From the NCBI GenBank assembly GCA_963667175.2, contig CAXXXF010000013.1, forward strand, positions 160,001 through 224,000: a stretch of DNA of 64,000 nucleotides. The letters run 5' to 3'. Both the position numbers and the translations under genes were made by a program. Numbering within the stretch: the first letter of the stretch is position 1; each line of letters begins with the position of its first letter. This DNA is from Candidatus Latescibacterota bacterium. Lineage in GTDB: Bacteria > Latescibacterota > UBA2968 > GCA-2709665. The notes beneath the pieces are model-generated. The model was given only the letters and a program-made list of their open reading frames with translations, did not search any database and had not been told where the DNA came from. This document shows positions 38,490-48,667 of this stretch, piece by piece.

Positions 38490-41400
38490 ATGCGTAAGAG
38501 TACAATGGACGTTCTCGAGTTCTTTTCACAATCGTCGATTCGGTCGGAAACCGCTCGATTTCCCTTCGGGTCGGTCGTCTTCGATCAAGGGGAGCCCGGC
38601 GAAGCGTTCTACGTCGTCCAATCCGGCCGGTTGCGAGTGATCAGGCGTAATGCGGACGGCGATTCCGAAACGATCGGTTTCCTGTATCCCGGCGACCACT
38701 TCGGTGAGGGAGCGCTGCTGACCGGTCGCGGGCGCCGGGCATCGGTGCGCGCGGTGGAGGATTCAGATGTATTGCGGGTGTCCCGGGACGATTTCGCCAG
38801 GTTATTGAGAAAAGAACCCGAACTGAAAGCACATCTCCACGATCATGTGGCGAATATCGCGCACAGGAATTTCACCCGATATCTGAAGGGGTCCGTTTCC
38901 GGCGACGGGACGCGGAGACTGCTCCGTCGTTTGAAGCGGGAGGAGATTGCGAGGGGAGCGACGGTTGCCGGTCCCGGTCACTCGCGAGGGCGGTTCTGCG
39001 TGGTGGGAAGCGGCGAGTTGGTGATGACGTCCGGGGATGGCGGCGACCATCGTCTGGGCGCGGGTCATTTCTACGAGGAAACCGATCACTCCGACGGAGA
39101 GACCCCGGTTGTCCGCAGTTCCCGGGACAGTGTTCTGTTCTACCTGGACGAGAGCGACTTTCGGGTACTTGGCGAAGCGGCCGCCGAGTTGGGGTCGGCG
39201 ACCGCCCTGGTGCGCCAATTGCGCGCAGCAGAGAATTCGAACGTGTCACCGTCTCTCGGGACCCGTCCTTCCGAGGCGCGCGCCCTGGTCGAAGCCCGAT
39301 CGCCAGATGGGAAAGACGTCACCGACGCGAATGGACCGGCAACCGGAATCGGGAGCGGCGAATCGGAACAGGGCAGAAACCGCGCGCCGTCGTCGTTCCG
39401 TTTTCCATTCCTGAAACAGCACGATCAGTCGGATTGCGGCGCGGCATGTCTGGGGATGATCTGCAAGTATTACAAGATGCCGATCGGGCTGAACCGGCTG
39501 CGCGATATGTGCAACGTTTCACGCGACGGCACGTCGATGGCGGCGCTGGCCGAGGCGGCGGAGACGCTCGGGTTCGTCACGCGGGGCGTGCGCACGGGTT
39601 ATGAAGCGCTGATGCGGACCGGGCTTCCGGCGATTCTGCACTGGAAAGGCAACCATTTTGTGGTGTTGTATGAAATATTCAAAAAGAAGGTGAGAATCGC
39701 CGACCCCGGCCTGGGTATCCGCACGCTCTCCCGTGAGGAGTTTGAGAAGAGTTGGACCAATATGGCCCTCTTGCTGGAATACACGGATCAGGTGTCCGAG
39801 AATGAACCCTCCAGGTCTTCCTTCAAACGGTTCTTCCCCTTGATCAAACCCTATACGCCCATCCTGATCGAGGTGTTGCTGGCGTCCCTCGTGCTCAGCC
39901 TGTTCGGGCTGGCTTCACCGGTATTCACGCAGACAATCGTGGACCAGGTGCTTGTGCATCATGACAGGGATCTGTTGAACCTGATGCTGGCGGGAATGGT
40001 CGTTGTGGCGCTGTTCCAGATGGGCACGTCGACGTTACGGGCTTATCTGATCGGTTATATCAGCGCGCGTCTCAGCCTGACCATGCTGTCCAGGTTCTAC
40101 CGGCACCTGCTGGGTCTTTCCATGCGGTTCTTCGCGCTCAGGCGCACCGGCGATCTGACCACGCGGTTCAAGGAGAATGCCACAATCCAGCGCCTGTTTA
40201 CGGATACAACCGTGTCCGCGATACTGGACTTCATCATGTTATTCGTCTACCTCGGGCTGATGTTCTATTACAACTGGGAGTTGACGCTCGTGATGTTGAT
40301 TTTCGCGCCGCTATCCGTGGGTCTCACGCTGATCTATACGCCGATATTGAAGTCCTTCAGCCAGCGCGCCTTTCTTGCCCGCGCGGAACAATCGTCCGTG
40401 CTGATCGATTCATTGCACGGCGTCGACGTGGTGAAGGCCGAGGCCGTCGAACGCGTCACCCGCTGGCAATGGGAAGGGAAGTTCACGAAAGAAATCCAGA
40501 TCGGGTTCAAGCGTCTGAAGATGGAGATGCTGTTCGGGGCGGGGGGCAGTATGATCAATCTTTTGAGTTCAACCGTGATCCTGTGGTACGGCGCGTCCCT
40601 GGTTATGGAAGGGGAGTTGTCCGTGGGGCAGTTGATGGCGTTCAACGCGCTCATCGGCAACGTTATGGGACCTGTAATGGGGTTGATCGGCGTCTGGCCG
40701 GAAGTGCAGGAAGCCCGCGTCGCACTGGACAGGCTGAACGACGTGTACGACGCGAAGATGGAGGACGCGCGCCAGCGAGGACAAGGCATGAGACTGAAAC
40801 GGGTGAGAGGGCGCGTGGAATTCGACGAGGTGTTTTTCAGGTACGGCGTGGGCTCCGACGAACCCTACGTGTTGAACAATATCAACCTGAATCTCGAACC
40901 GGGACGCAAAGTCGCAATCGTAGGGCGGAGCGGGGCGGGCAAGACCACGCTGGTGAAGCTGGTGCCGCGCCTGTTCGATCCCTCTGAAGGGCGGGTGACC
41001 CTCGATGGGGTGGACGTGCGCGACCTGGATCCGCACTGGCTTCGGCGCCAGGTGGGCATGGTGATGCAGGATCCGTTCCTGTTCAGCGGCACGATTTCGG
41101 AAAACATCGCGGTCGGAGAAGCGGACGCCGATATGGATCGGGTCCTTGAAGTGGCGAGAATGGCCTGTGTACAGGACTTTGTGACCGAGATGCCCCTGGG
41201 ATTTGAGACAAGAGTCGGTGAGCAGGGGATCGGATTGTCCGGCGGACAGCGGCAACGGATTGCGATAGCGAGAGCGCTGTACCGTGATCCGGGAATCCTG
41301 ATCTTCGACGAAGCCACAAACGCGCTGGATACGGACTCCGAAGGCGCGATCCAGGCCAACCTGGACCTTTTCCTCGAAAACCGCACGGCGATGATCATTG

Positions 41401-41546
41401 CTCATCGTTTGAGTACCGTGCGGGATGCAGACGTGATTGTCGTGTTGGAAAAGGGCCATATCGTCGACACGGGGACGCATGAAGAACTCATGGATCGCCG
41501 CGGCCTCTACTACCACATGGCCGGCCAGCAGTTGCATATGGCTTGA
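38490..41546 (+). CDS. Peptidase-containing ABC transporter (cNMP-binding domains + C39 + TMD + NBD)
   Basis: cNMP: GDHFGEGALL...RRASVRA; C39: QHDQSDCGAACL, HWKGNHFVV, IADP; NBD: GRSGAGKTT, LSGGQRQR, DEAT. Confidence 0.93.
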   Translation: MRKSTMDVLEFFSQSSIRSETARFPFGSVVFDQGEPGEAFYVVQSGRLRVIRRNADGDSETIGFLYPGDHFGEGALLTGRGRRASVRAVEDSDVLRVSRDDFARLLRKEPELKAHLHDHVANIAHRNFTRYLKGSVSGDGTRRLLRRLKREEIARGATVAGPGHSRGRFCVVGSGELVMTSGDGGDHRLGAGHFYEETDHSDGETPVVRSSRDSVLFYLDESDFRVLGEAAAELGSATALVRQLRAAENSNVSPSLGTRPSEARALVEARSPDGKDVTDANGPATGIGSGESEQGRNRAPSSFRFPFLKQHDQSDCGAACLGMICKYYKMPIGLNRLRDMCNVSRDGTSMAALAEAAETLGFVTRGVRTGYEALMRTGLPAILHWKGNHFVVLYEIFKKKVRIADPGLGIRTLSREEFEKSWTNMALLLEYTDQVSENEPSRSSFKRFFPLIKPYTPILIEVLLASLVLSLFGLASPVFTQTIVDQVLVHHDRDLLNLMLAGMVVVALFQMGTSTLRAYLIGYISARLSLTMLSRFYRHLLGLSMRFFALRRTGDLTTRFKENATIQRLFTDTTVSAILDFIMLFVYLGLMFYYNWELTLVMLIFAPLSVGLTLIYTPILKSFSQRAFLARAEQSSVLIDSLHGVDVVKAEAVERVTRWQWEGKFTKEIQIGFKRLKMEMLFGAGGSMINLLSSTVILWYGASLVMEGELSVGQLMAFNALIGNVMGPVMGLIGVWPEVQEARVALDRLNDVYDAKMEDARQRGQGMRLKRVRGRVEFDEVFFRYGVGSDEPYVLNNINLNLEPGRKVAIVGRSGAGKTTLVKLVPRLFDPSEGRVTLDGVDVRDLDPHWLRRQVGMVMQDPFLFSGTISENIAVGEADADMDRVLEVARMACVQDFVTEMPLGFETRVGEQGIGLSGGQRQRIAIARALYRDPGILIFDEATNALDTDSEGAIQANLDLFLENRTAMIIAHRLSTVRDADVIVVLEKGHIVDTGTHEELMDRRGLYYHMAGQQLHMA

Positions 41547-41573
41547 ACTTCCTGCCTACGAGGCGCCGGTACT

Positions 41574-42974
41574 ATGACGGGACACCCGCCGAAACCCTCA
41601 CCGGGCACAACGCCGCCGGTCGTTGCCGGGCAACGGGACGACCCCGCAGAAGACATGCGCGCGTTTATCGGTTCTCTTCGACCGTTTTGGGGTCGGGCGC
41701 TGCTATATATCGTGCTGCTTTTTGTCGGCATCGCGGTGGTCTGGGCGTGGTGGGGCGAGGTAGACGTGGTCGCGTCAGCGCCATTCAGGCTCGTGCCGCT
41801 CGGAAAAGTGAAGATATTGCAGGCCCGTCGAGGCGGTGAGATCGAATACATCGGAATCGCGGAAGGCGACCACGTCGAAGAAGGCCAACTGCTGTTCAAG
41901 CTCAAATCGTGGGAAACCTGGGGAGACCTGCGTGAACTCGAACAGGCGGAAGTAGCGTTTCAGAAGGCCGAGTACGATTTCCACCAGGTGTTGCCTCAGA
42001 AGACCGGATTAAACCGGGAGACGATCGCTTCGCTGAAGAAACGGCTTGCCGTTCTGGAGCGGTTTGCGGCAGCACATCAGAATGCCCTGGAGGACTACCA
42101 GGCCGACTCGGGTGACGTCGAGGCCACCGGAAGGAGCCCGTCGGACGGGGAACTGCAGGCGCAAATCAGCTTTCGGCAGGCCGAGATCGACCATCTGAAA
42201 CAGGACTACACGCAGCAGAAAATGCTGTACGAACGCCAATTGATCAGCAGGGCGGAGATCAATCGCGCACGCGTCAGATATCTGAGCGCCCTTGCGGCGC
42301 TTCCCGGACGCATGTCGGAAATCTACAAGAACGAAACGGCGGTCCAGGATCTCAAGCGCCAGATTCTCGAGGCTCGCATCGCCCACGGTCGCGAGGCCGC
42401 GCAGATAAGGCACGCACACAAGACCGCGCGGCTGAGACTGGATCAGGCGCACAAACGCGTCGATCGCCAGCTTGACGCCGAATCGGACCTGATTCTGGCC
42501 CCGGAGTCCGGAATGGTAACCCGGGTGGAGGTGAATACGCTCGGACAGGTCATCAACAAAGGACAGGCTCTGGTGACACTGGCGCCGGCGTCCGCGCCGA
42601 TCGTCGCCGAATTGACTGTTTTGAACAAGGACGTGGGCCTGCTCAAGCCGGGACAGATCGTCAAACTGAAATACGACGCATTCGCGTTCCAGGACTTCGG
42701 AATCAAACGCGGATGGCTCAAGCAGATCTCGCCGGATGCCGTCATCGACGAGACCGTAGGACCGATATTCAAAGGCGTCGTTGAATTGGAGGAGACCACC
42801 ATGGCCGTGAAAGGACAGGAAAAGCCGCTCCTCTTCGGCATGAAGGGCACGGCGGAGATCATGACGGACCGTCAGTCGGTCCTTCTGATGCTGCTGAGTC
42901 CATTGCGAAAGCTGTACGAATCCGCAACGTACGACGCCGCGACAATGCCGTCCGTGCGCCGGGGTGAAACGTGA
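41574..42974 (+). CDS. HlyD-family membrane fusion protein
   Basis: N-terminal TM, EGDHVEEGQLL lipoyl half, coiled coil, ILAPESG, YDAFAFQDFG, GMKGTAEI. Confidence 0.9.
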   Translation: MTGHPPKPSPGTTPPVVAGQRDDPAEDMRAFIGSLRPFWGRALLYIVLLFVGIAVVWAWWGEVDVVASAPFRLVPLGKVKILQARRGGEIEYIGIAEGDHVEEGQLLFKLKSWETWGDLRELEQAEVAFQKAEYDFHQVLPQKTGLNRETIASLKKRLAVLERFAAAHQNALEDYQADSGDVEATGRSPSDGELQAQISFRQAEIDHLKQDYTQQKMLYERQLISRAEINRARVRYLSALAALPGRMSEIYKNETAVQDLKRQILEARIAHGREAAQIRHAHKTARLRLDQAHKRVDRQLDAESDLILAPESGMVTRVEVNTLGQVINKGQALVTLAPASAPIVAELTVLNKDVGLLKPGQIVKLKYDAFAFQDFGIKRGWLKQISPDAVIDETVGPIFKGVVELEETTMAVKGQEKPLLFGMKGTAEIMTDRQSVLLMLLSPLRKLYESATYDAATMPSVRRGET

Positions 42975-43774
42975 TGCGCCGTGAGGATGAACACGAAGCC
43001 ACAAACGCGGCCGGGACTGCATCGCTGGTTCGGGTCAATGGAATCGACGTGTCCCTGAAGCAGGTCGTGCGACATCTGGGCGTCGCAGACAAGCTCGGAT
43101 TCCTCGGTGACTACGCTCGAAGAGAACTGGTGCGGCAACTCGCGGAGAGGGAGGGCATCCACGCGAAGGCTGAGGATATCCAGCGCGACGTGGACGACTG
43201 GCGGTATCGACGGCGCCTGGAACGCGTGGAAGATACGGAAGCCTGGCTCCTGTCCAGAGGCATTACGCTCGGTGACGTCGCCGAAGACGCCCAGGTAAGA
43301 CGATTGGAGCGTATGATGTCCCAAAAAGTCTCGGAGGGAAGGATCGAAGCCTACTTCGCACAGCACACGCTGGATTTCGACGAGGCCGAGGTCTGCTGGA
43401 TTTTCCATCAGAATCGTGGCGTCATAGACGAAATCGGATCTCAGACCCGTGAAGAGGGCGCCAATTTCTGCGCATTCGCCCGCGAATTCTCTCAGGATGA
43501 GCGCACGCGGCCGGCAGGCGGGTTTATGGGGCGGTTGCGGCGAGAGCATTTGCCGAAGGGCATTGCCGCGCGCCTCTTCGCTGCCGCGCCGGGTGAAATC
43601 TTCGGTCCCGAAAAAGCGCCGGGTGGCTTCGCGCTGTATATGCTGCAGAGAAGCTACCCGGCAACGCTGGCCGATCGCGTCATCGACGAGATTCGCGACA
43701 CATTGTTCAACCACTGGCTGCACGGGGAGATGCAACGGGCGGACATTCGCTATCCGGTCAGGGAATCAGTATAG
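42971..43774 (+). CDS. PpiC-type rotamase / SurA-like chaperone associated with peptide export
   Basis: FCAFAREFSQD...AGGFMG, FAAAPGEIFGP; GTGA-coupled to hlyD. Confidence 0.8.
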   Translation: MMRREDEHEATNAAGTASLVRVNGIDVSLKQVVRHLGVADKLGFLGDYARRELVRQLAEREGIHAKAEDIQRDVDDWRYRRRLERVEDTEAWLLSRGITLGDVAEDAQVRRLERMMSQKVSEGRIEAYFAQHTLDFDEAEVCWIFHQNRGVIDEIGSQTREEGANFCAFAREFSQDERTRPAGGFMGRLRREHLPKGIAARLFAAAPGEIFGPEKAPGGFALYMLQRSYPATLADRVIDEIRDTLFNHWLHGEMQRADIRYPVRESV

Positions 43775-44018
43775 CAGGACTTTCATCATACGCGAAGCGG
43801 AAGCGGTTGATGGGGTAGTTCGACTGTGCCGATCCTTCAGTTCTGAAGGCGCGGCTCTCACTGCAAGGGATGCGCCGGAATGATGAATCCGGGAAGTCCG
43901 CCGCTTGTTACCGGCGCGCGAACCTGGATCTAATGGACAATGAAGAATCGTCTGCGGCGGCAGTGTCCTCCGGATATCTGATTTGCCGGCAAATGACGTT
44001 CGAATGAGGAGGGAGTAG

Positions 44019-44846
44019 ATGGCCTATCCGAATCTGAAGCAATCCGTTTGGTTGGTGGTCCTGCTTTTGGTAGCAATGAACGCATTGGGGTTGGTGCTTC
44101 ATTTCCTCGGCGCCGCGTCGGGCAATGCGACACGGATCTTTTATTACCTGGCATTGATCGCAAATCTGCCCGTTATTGGTCTGTTCGTGCTATACGCGCA
44201 ACGTCGATCCGGTCGGCCGTGGTCCGAAGTCCTGCTTTTCAATACAGTGCCGTGGAAAATGTACTTTCCCATTTCCGTCTCGATCGTGGGATTGGGCATT
44301 TTCATATCCAACCTTGCGAGCTTTGTTCAATATCTGATTCCAATCCCAGAAGAAATACTCGGCATGTTTCTTGATTTAATGGGCAGTAAAACACCATTTG
44401 GTCTTGCGTTTTATGTTCTGGCGATTCAAGCGCCGCTTACCGAGGAGGTCCTCTGCAGAGGCGTTATTCTGGGCGGGTTGTTATCCCACGGAACCCGGGG
44501 GCGTGCCATGCTGTGGTCCGCGTTTCTGTTCGCCGCGCTCCATATGAATCCCTGGCAATTTCCCGGAACATTGATACTGGGTATCGTATTTGCGTGGTGG
44601 GTCGTACATACGGGTTCCTTGGCGCCGGCGTTGTTCGGTCACGCGCTGAACAATTTCCTGTCACTGATAACGGTGCGTATGGAATTATTCCGACCTAACG
44701 AGGATTGGCATATTGTAGAGTTTCTTCCCTGGTGGCTGTTTGCGAGCGGTATCGTCCTGGCCGTGGCCGGTTTGTGGTGGTTCAAGCAGATGGCGCAGCG
44801 CGAAGCGAAGCCGGTCGTTGCGCCGGAGGACCAGGAGCCCGCCTGA
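44019..44846 (+). CDS. CPBP (CAAX/Abi) intramembrane metalloprotease 2
   Basis: APLTEEVLCRG, FAALH, HTGSL, HALNN; paralogue of 37465-38307. Confidence 0.9.
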   Translation: MAYPNLKQSVWLVVLLLVAMNALGLVLHFLGAASGNATRIFYYLALIANLPVIGLFVLYAQRRSGRPWSEVLLFNTVPWKMYFPISVSIVGLGIFISNLASFVQYLIPIPEEILGMFLDLMGSKTPFGLAFYVLAIQAPLTEEVLCRGVILGGLLSHGTRGRAMLWSAFLFAALHMNPWQFPGTLILGIVFAWWVVHTGSLAPALFGHALNNFLSLITVRMELFRPNEDWHIVEFLPWWLFASGIVLAVAGLWWFKQMAQREAKPVVAPEDQEPA

Positions 44847-45199
44847 TGTCACGACCCGTACGAATTCCTGTGTCAGATCTGCCGACCGATAACGTGATCC
44901 GTGGATCAGGCGAAGCCAGGGGCGGGACGTTCGCCAACAATCCAGGGTTTCGCGAAGCCGCGGGCGGTCGCCCGCGTTTCCGTGCTGACACTTCGAATTC
45001 AATTAAAGTCTTGCAGCATGTGCTGCGTAATGGCTATTATGGAGGCGATCCGTTGGCAAGACCGCCTGCGCCGAGGAAGTACTATCCTTCAGGGCCGGAA
45101 GTTCGGGCTCTTCCCGAAAAAGCGCTCGCCTCATGTGGAATCGGTTCCGCCACACCCTCCCGAAATGCCCGGCCGTGCCGGCGAACGAGTGAATCGGTT

Positions 45200-46396
45200 A
45201 TGATTCCTCGAAAAAGATTGGACATCGGCTGGCGCGATCTCTTCTTCGGCATGGGCCAATGCCTATCGGGCGATAACCGCGCGAAAGGGCACGCTGCCTG
45301 CCGCGAAAACACCGGCAATCCCGACGAGGCCCTTTTCTTTCTTTCGCTTCGCAGCGGCTTCGATGCCGTTCTCCAGGCGGCCCGTTTTCCGCGTGGATCG
45401 CACGTCCTCGTGTCCGCCATCACCATCCCCGACATACTCGAAATCATCAGGAGCCACGGTCTCGTGCCCGTTCCGGTCGATCTGGATCCCCAAACGCTCG
45501 AACCCGATCCGGACAGCCTGAACAGCGGGCTTACGCCAAGAGCCGTCGCGCTGCTGGCCACCCATCTATTCGGGGCGCGTATCCCAATGGATCCCCTGGT
45601 GCGCTTCGCGCGAAAGCATGGCCTGGTGCTGTTCGAAGACTGCGCCCAGGCCTATTGCGGTGACGGCTTTACTGGTCATCCGGAGAGCCACGTGCGCATG
45701 TTCAGCTTCGGCCCGATCAAGTACTATACCGCGTTGGGCGGCGGCCTGCTCTTCGTGCGCGATCCCGACCTCCGAGACGAGGTCAGACGGTTGCATCACA
45801 GCTATCCGGTCCAGGGCAAGGCACGGTTCTTCTTGCGCCTCGCAAAATACGGCGTCGTTCTCCTGCTCAACAGACCCGGTCCCTATACGCTTCTATGCGC
45901 CGCGTGCCGCCTGCTGGGCATGTCGCACGATGCCGTGAGTTACCGCGCAACCCGCGGTTTCCGGGGGTTGGAACTGCTCAAGAAAATCCGCCGTCAACCC
46001 TGCGGCGCCCTTTTGCATTTATTGTCGAGGCGACTGCGCTCCAATGCACAGGAGCGCACGGGTTGCCGTAAGGAGGTCATCGCGTTTCATCGAAGCGTTC
46101 CGGAACTCTGTTATCCGGGCCGACGCGCGGACCACTCGTACTGGCTCTTCGTCGTCCGTGTCGGAAATGCCGCGGACTTGTGTCGGCAACTCTGGGACGC
46201 CGGCTTCGACGCGCACCTGTGGCCGCCGTCGCTATGCGTGGTCCCGCCAGACCGTAATCTGCCGGGCCAGGCGCCAACTTTCGTCAGGGCGCTGTGGCCG
46301 CAACTCCTGTTCCTTCCCGTTTACCCCCTCGTGGGGCGGGTCCGCGCGGGGCGTCTGAGCCGTATCGTGGGGAAGTGGGTCCGGATGCATGGGTGA
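45200..46396 (+). CDS. DegT/DnrJ/EryC1/StrS-family PLP-dependent aminotransferase
   Basis: PVPVD, THLFG, EDCAQA, FSFGPIK motifs. Confidence 0.82.
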   Translation: MIPRKRLDIGWRDLFFGMGQCLSGDNRAKGHAACRENTGNPDEALFFLSLRSGFDAVLQAARFPRGSHVLVSAITIPDILEIIRSHGLVPVPVDLDPQTLEPDPDSLNSGLTPRAVALLATHLFGARIPMDPLVRFARKHGLVLFEDCAQAYCGDGFTGHPESHVRMFSFGPIKYYTALGGGLLFVRDPDLRDEVRRLHHSYPVQGKARFFLRLAKYGVVLLLNRPGPYTLLCAACRLLGMSHDAVSYRATRGFRGLELLKKIRRQPCGALLHLLSRRLRSNAQERTGCRKEVIAFHRSVPELCYPGRRADHSYWLFVVRVGNAADLCRQLWDAGFDAHLWPPSLCVVPPDRNLPGQAPTFVRALWPQLLFLPVYPLVGRVRAGRLSRIVGKWVRMHG

Positions 46397-46667
46397 AACT
46401 CCCATCCCAATTGCAATCATCCCTCCCTGCCGCGGCCCGCGCGGCTGGGCCACCTTGTCTTCGGGGTCTACCCGTTCTCCCTGCAAATGCGACCCGGGAC
46501 ACCCCGATCCTGAATCCGCAGCCCCGGACGCGGGGTCATCAGAAACCGTCCGCCTATTTTGGTTTTTCCGCCGGTGTCTTGATATTATATTTGACCCGAT
46601 CGATCCACCCTTCCATCTGAAACATCCGCTCCCCGGCGCCGCGCGGAAACCCAACGGAGGCAATCCT

Positions 46668-48530
46668 ATGTCTGGTTCAAATACCGAAGCGATGGGTAAC
46701 GGCTTTTTTCATCACGGCGTCGCCACCCCGATCAGCAACCATCGTGGCACGGCCGTAACGGTGGACGGCGAGGGCCGTAACGTTGTTCTGATCTGGCTTT
46801 ACGACCACCGCGGCGGATACGCGCTTCTCATGATCGATGCGGAAACCGGCAAGAGCGAAGAATTCCTCATGCCGTATCCGCCGGGCGGCGACGGACCCTT
46901 CGCGGCCATCCTGTCCAGCCGAAACAGGTACTACACCCACTTCAACAGCCACTTTGTGGAATTTAACCCCGAAGAGCGCGCATTCACCTTCCATCACAAG
47001 ACCGTGCCGCAGATGGCCATGAGCATGACCGAGGACGACGACGGCCGCATCTGGTCCGGAACGTACCCAAACAGCGCGGTGGCATCCTACAACCCCCGGA
47101 CCGGAGAGTTCCGCGACTACGGCAATCTCTACGACCAGAACTGGCGTCAGTATCCCAGAGCGATCGCGGCCGACGATACCGGTTGGGTCTATTTCGGCAT
47201 CGGCAGCACCGCCAGTCAGATTATTTCCCTGGATCCGGAAAGCGGAAAGGCGGAACCTCTCCTTGTCGAAAGCGAGCGAAGCCAGGCCCACGCGCCGGTG
47301 TACCGTGACCTGAACGGAAAGGTCTACGGGCACACAAGCGGCGGAACCGAAGATGGGTGGATGGAACTGTATCGGGGTGTGAGAACGGACGTCGGCAAGA
47401 TCGAGAACAGACGTGAAAAACCCTTTATCGCCGGCAGTCAGGGCCTCTTCCACACCGATTTCCCCGACGGCAGGCGTATGGTCGCATGCAGCCTGGTCGA
47501 CCGTACTCTGGACGTGGAGGATCCCCGTTCCGGCGAAATCCGCCGGGTTTCATTCGACTATTCGAGCGAAGGCGCCCACATTATGGGCGTTGCAACGGCG
47601 CCCGACAATACCGTCTGCGGGGGCACCGCCTTTCCCATGCACTTCTTCAGCTTCAATCCGGAAACCGACGCCTGGACCAACCGTCCGGCACTGGGGCAGT
47701 GGAATACCGTCGCCAGAGAAGGTGGAATGTTCTTCATTGGCGCATACACCCACGGACTGCTTGAAGAATGGGACCCGGCCAGACCGTGGGTACACACAGA
47801 GCGTGGCAAGGCCGGCTGCAACCCGGATTTGCTATACGAATGCCACGAGGTCATCAACCGGCCTCACATGCTGCTTGCCCATCCGAACGGGAGAACCGTC
47901 GTCCTTGCCGGTACCCCCGGATACGGGTTGACAGGCGGCGGGATGCTGTTCTGGGACAGGCAGACCCGCAAGCACACCCTGCTCGAGCATACCGACGTCC
48001 TGCCCGACCAATCCACAATGAGCCTGGCGCCCCTGCCCGACGGCAAGCTTCTGGGGGGCACCACGACCAGCGCCGGTACGGGCGGCGAACAGAAAGCCAG
48101 TGAAGCAGAACTCTATATCATGGACATGGAATCGAAGCGGCTCGACTGGCACGCCGTAGTGTTCCCCGGCGCGCAGGGGTATACCGATATGTGTTCGGGG
48201 CCGAATGGTGTCGTCTACGGCGTGGTCGACCGCAGGCGCTTTTTCGTCTTCGATCCCGGAGCCAGGGGGGTGGTCCACCAGAAGGAGCTCGAATCCGAGT
48301 TCGGCCCTACAACGTCTCAGCAGGGCCCGAGGGTGTTCGTCACCGCGCCGGACGGCGCCGTTTACATCCTCTTCACGAAGGGTATCGCCACCGTGGATCC
48401 CGACACGTACGCGATCCGGTTGCTGGCGGAATCGCCCGTACCCATCGGTCCGGGAGGAGACATCCTCAACGGCCGCATCTACTTCGGCAGCGGGTCCCAC
48501 GTATACAGCTACAGGGTCCCGGAAGCGTAG
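46668..48530 (+). CDS. Beta-propeller-like hypothetical protein
   Basis: Repeated DGRIW/DGKL/NGVVYG beta-blade-like segments; GGAGG RBS. Confidence 0.6.
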   Translation: MSGSNTEAMGNGFFHHGVATPISNHRGTAVTVDGEGRNVVLIWLYDHRGGYALLMIDAETGKSEEFLMPYPPGGDGPFAAILSSRNRYYTHFNSHFVEFNPEERAFTFHHKTVPQMAMSMTEDDDGRIWSGTYPNSAVASYNPRTGEFRDYGNLYDQNWRQYPRAIAADDTGWVYFGIGSTASQIISLDPESGKAEPLLVESERSQAHAPVYRDLNGKVYGHTSGGTEDGWMELYRGVRTDVGKIENRREKPFIAGSQGLFHTDFPDGRRMVACSLVDRTLDVEDPRSGEIRRVSFDYSSEGAHIMGVATAPDNTVCGGTAFPMHFFSFNPETDAWTNRPALGQWNTVAREGGMFFIGAYTHGLLEEWDPARPWVHTERGKAGCNPDLLYECHEVINRPHMLLAHPNGRTVVLAGTPGYGLTGGGMLFWDRQTRKHTLLEHTDVLPDQSTMSLAPLPDGKLLGGTTTSAGTGGEQKASEAELYIMDMESKRLDWHAVVFPGAQGYTDMCSGPNGVVYGVVDRRRFFVFDPGARGVVHQKELESEFGPTTSQQGPRVFVTAPDGAVYILFTKGIATVDPDTYAIRLLAESPVPIGPGGDILNGRIYFGSGSHVYSYRVPEA

Positions 48531-48667
48531 GAAACCACGGATACACCTTCGATCCCTGAGGGGCAGTGCCCCTGAGGATGGAGGTGGATTGTCCGAACGC
48601 GGGGCGGATCGGGAATCGGAAGGCAATCGTCTCAGGGGAACGCGCCGGGTTGATTAACCTGACGCGC

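Noticed and set aside
45200-46396. DegT-like aminotransferase as a tailoring enzyme of the peptide cluster
   Set aside because: Separated by about 350 nt from the last CPBP gene, and I know of no functional link; cannot be supported without synteny data.
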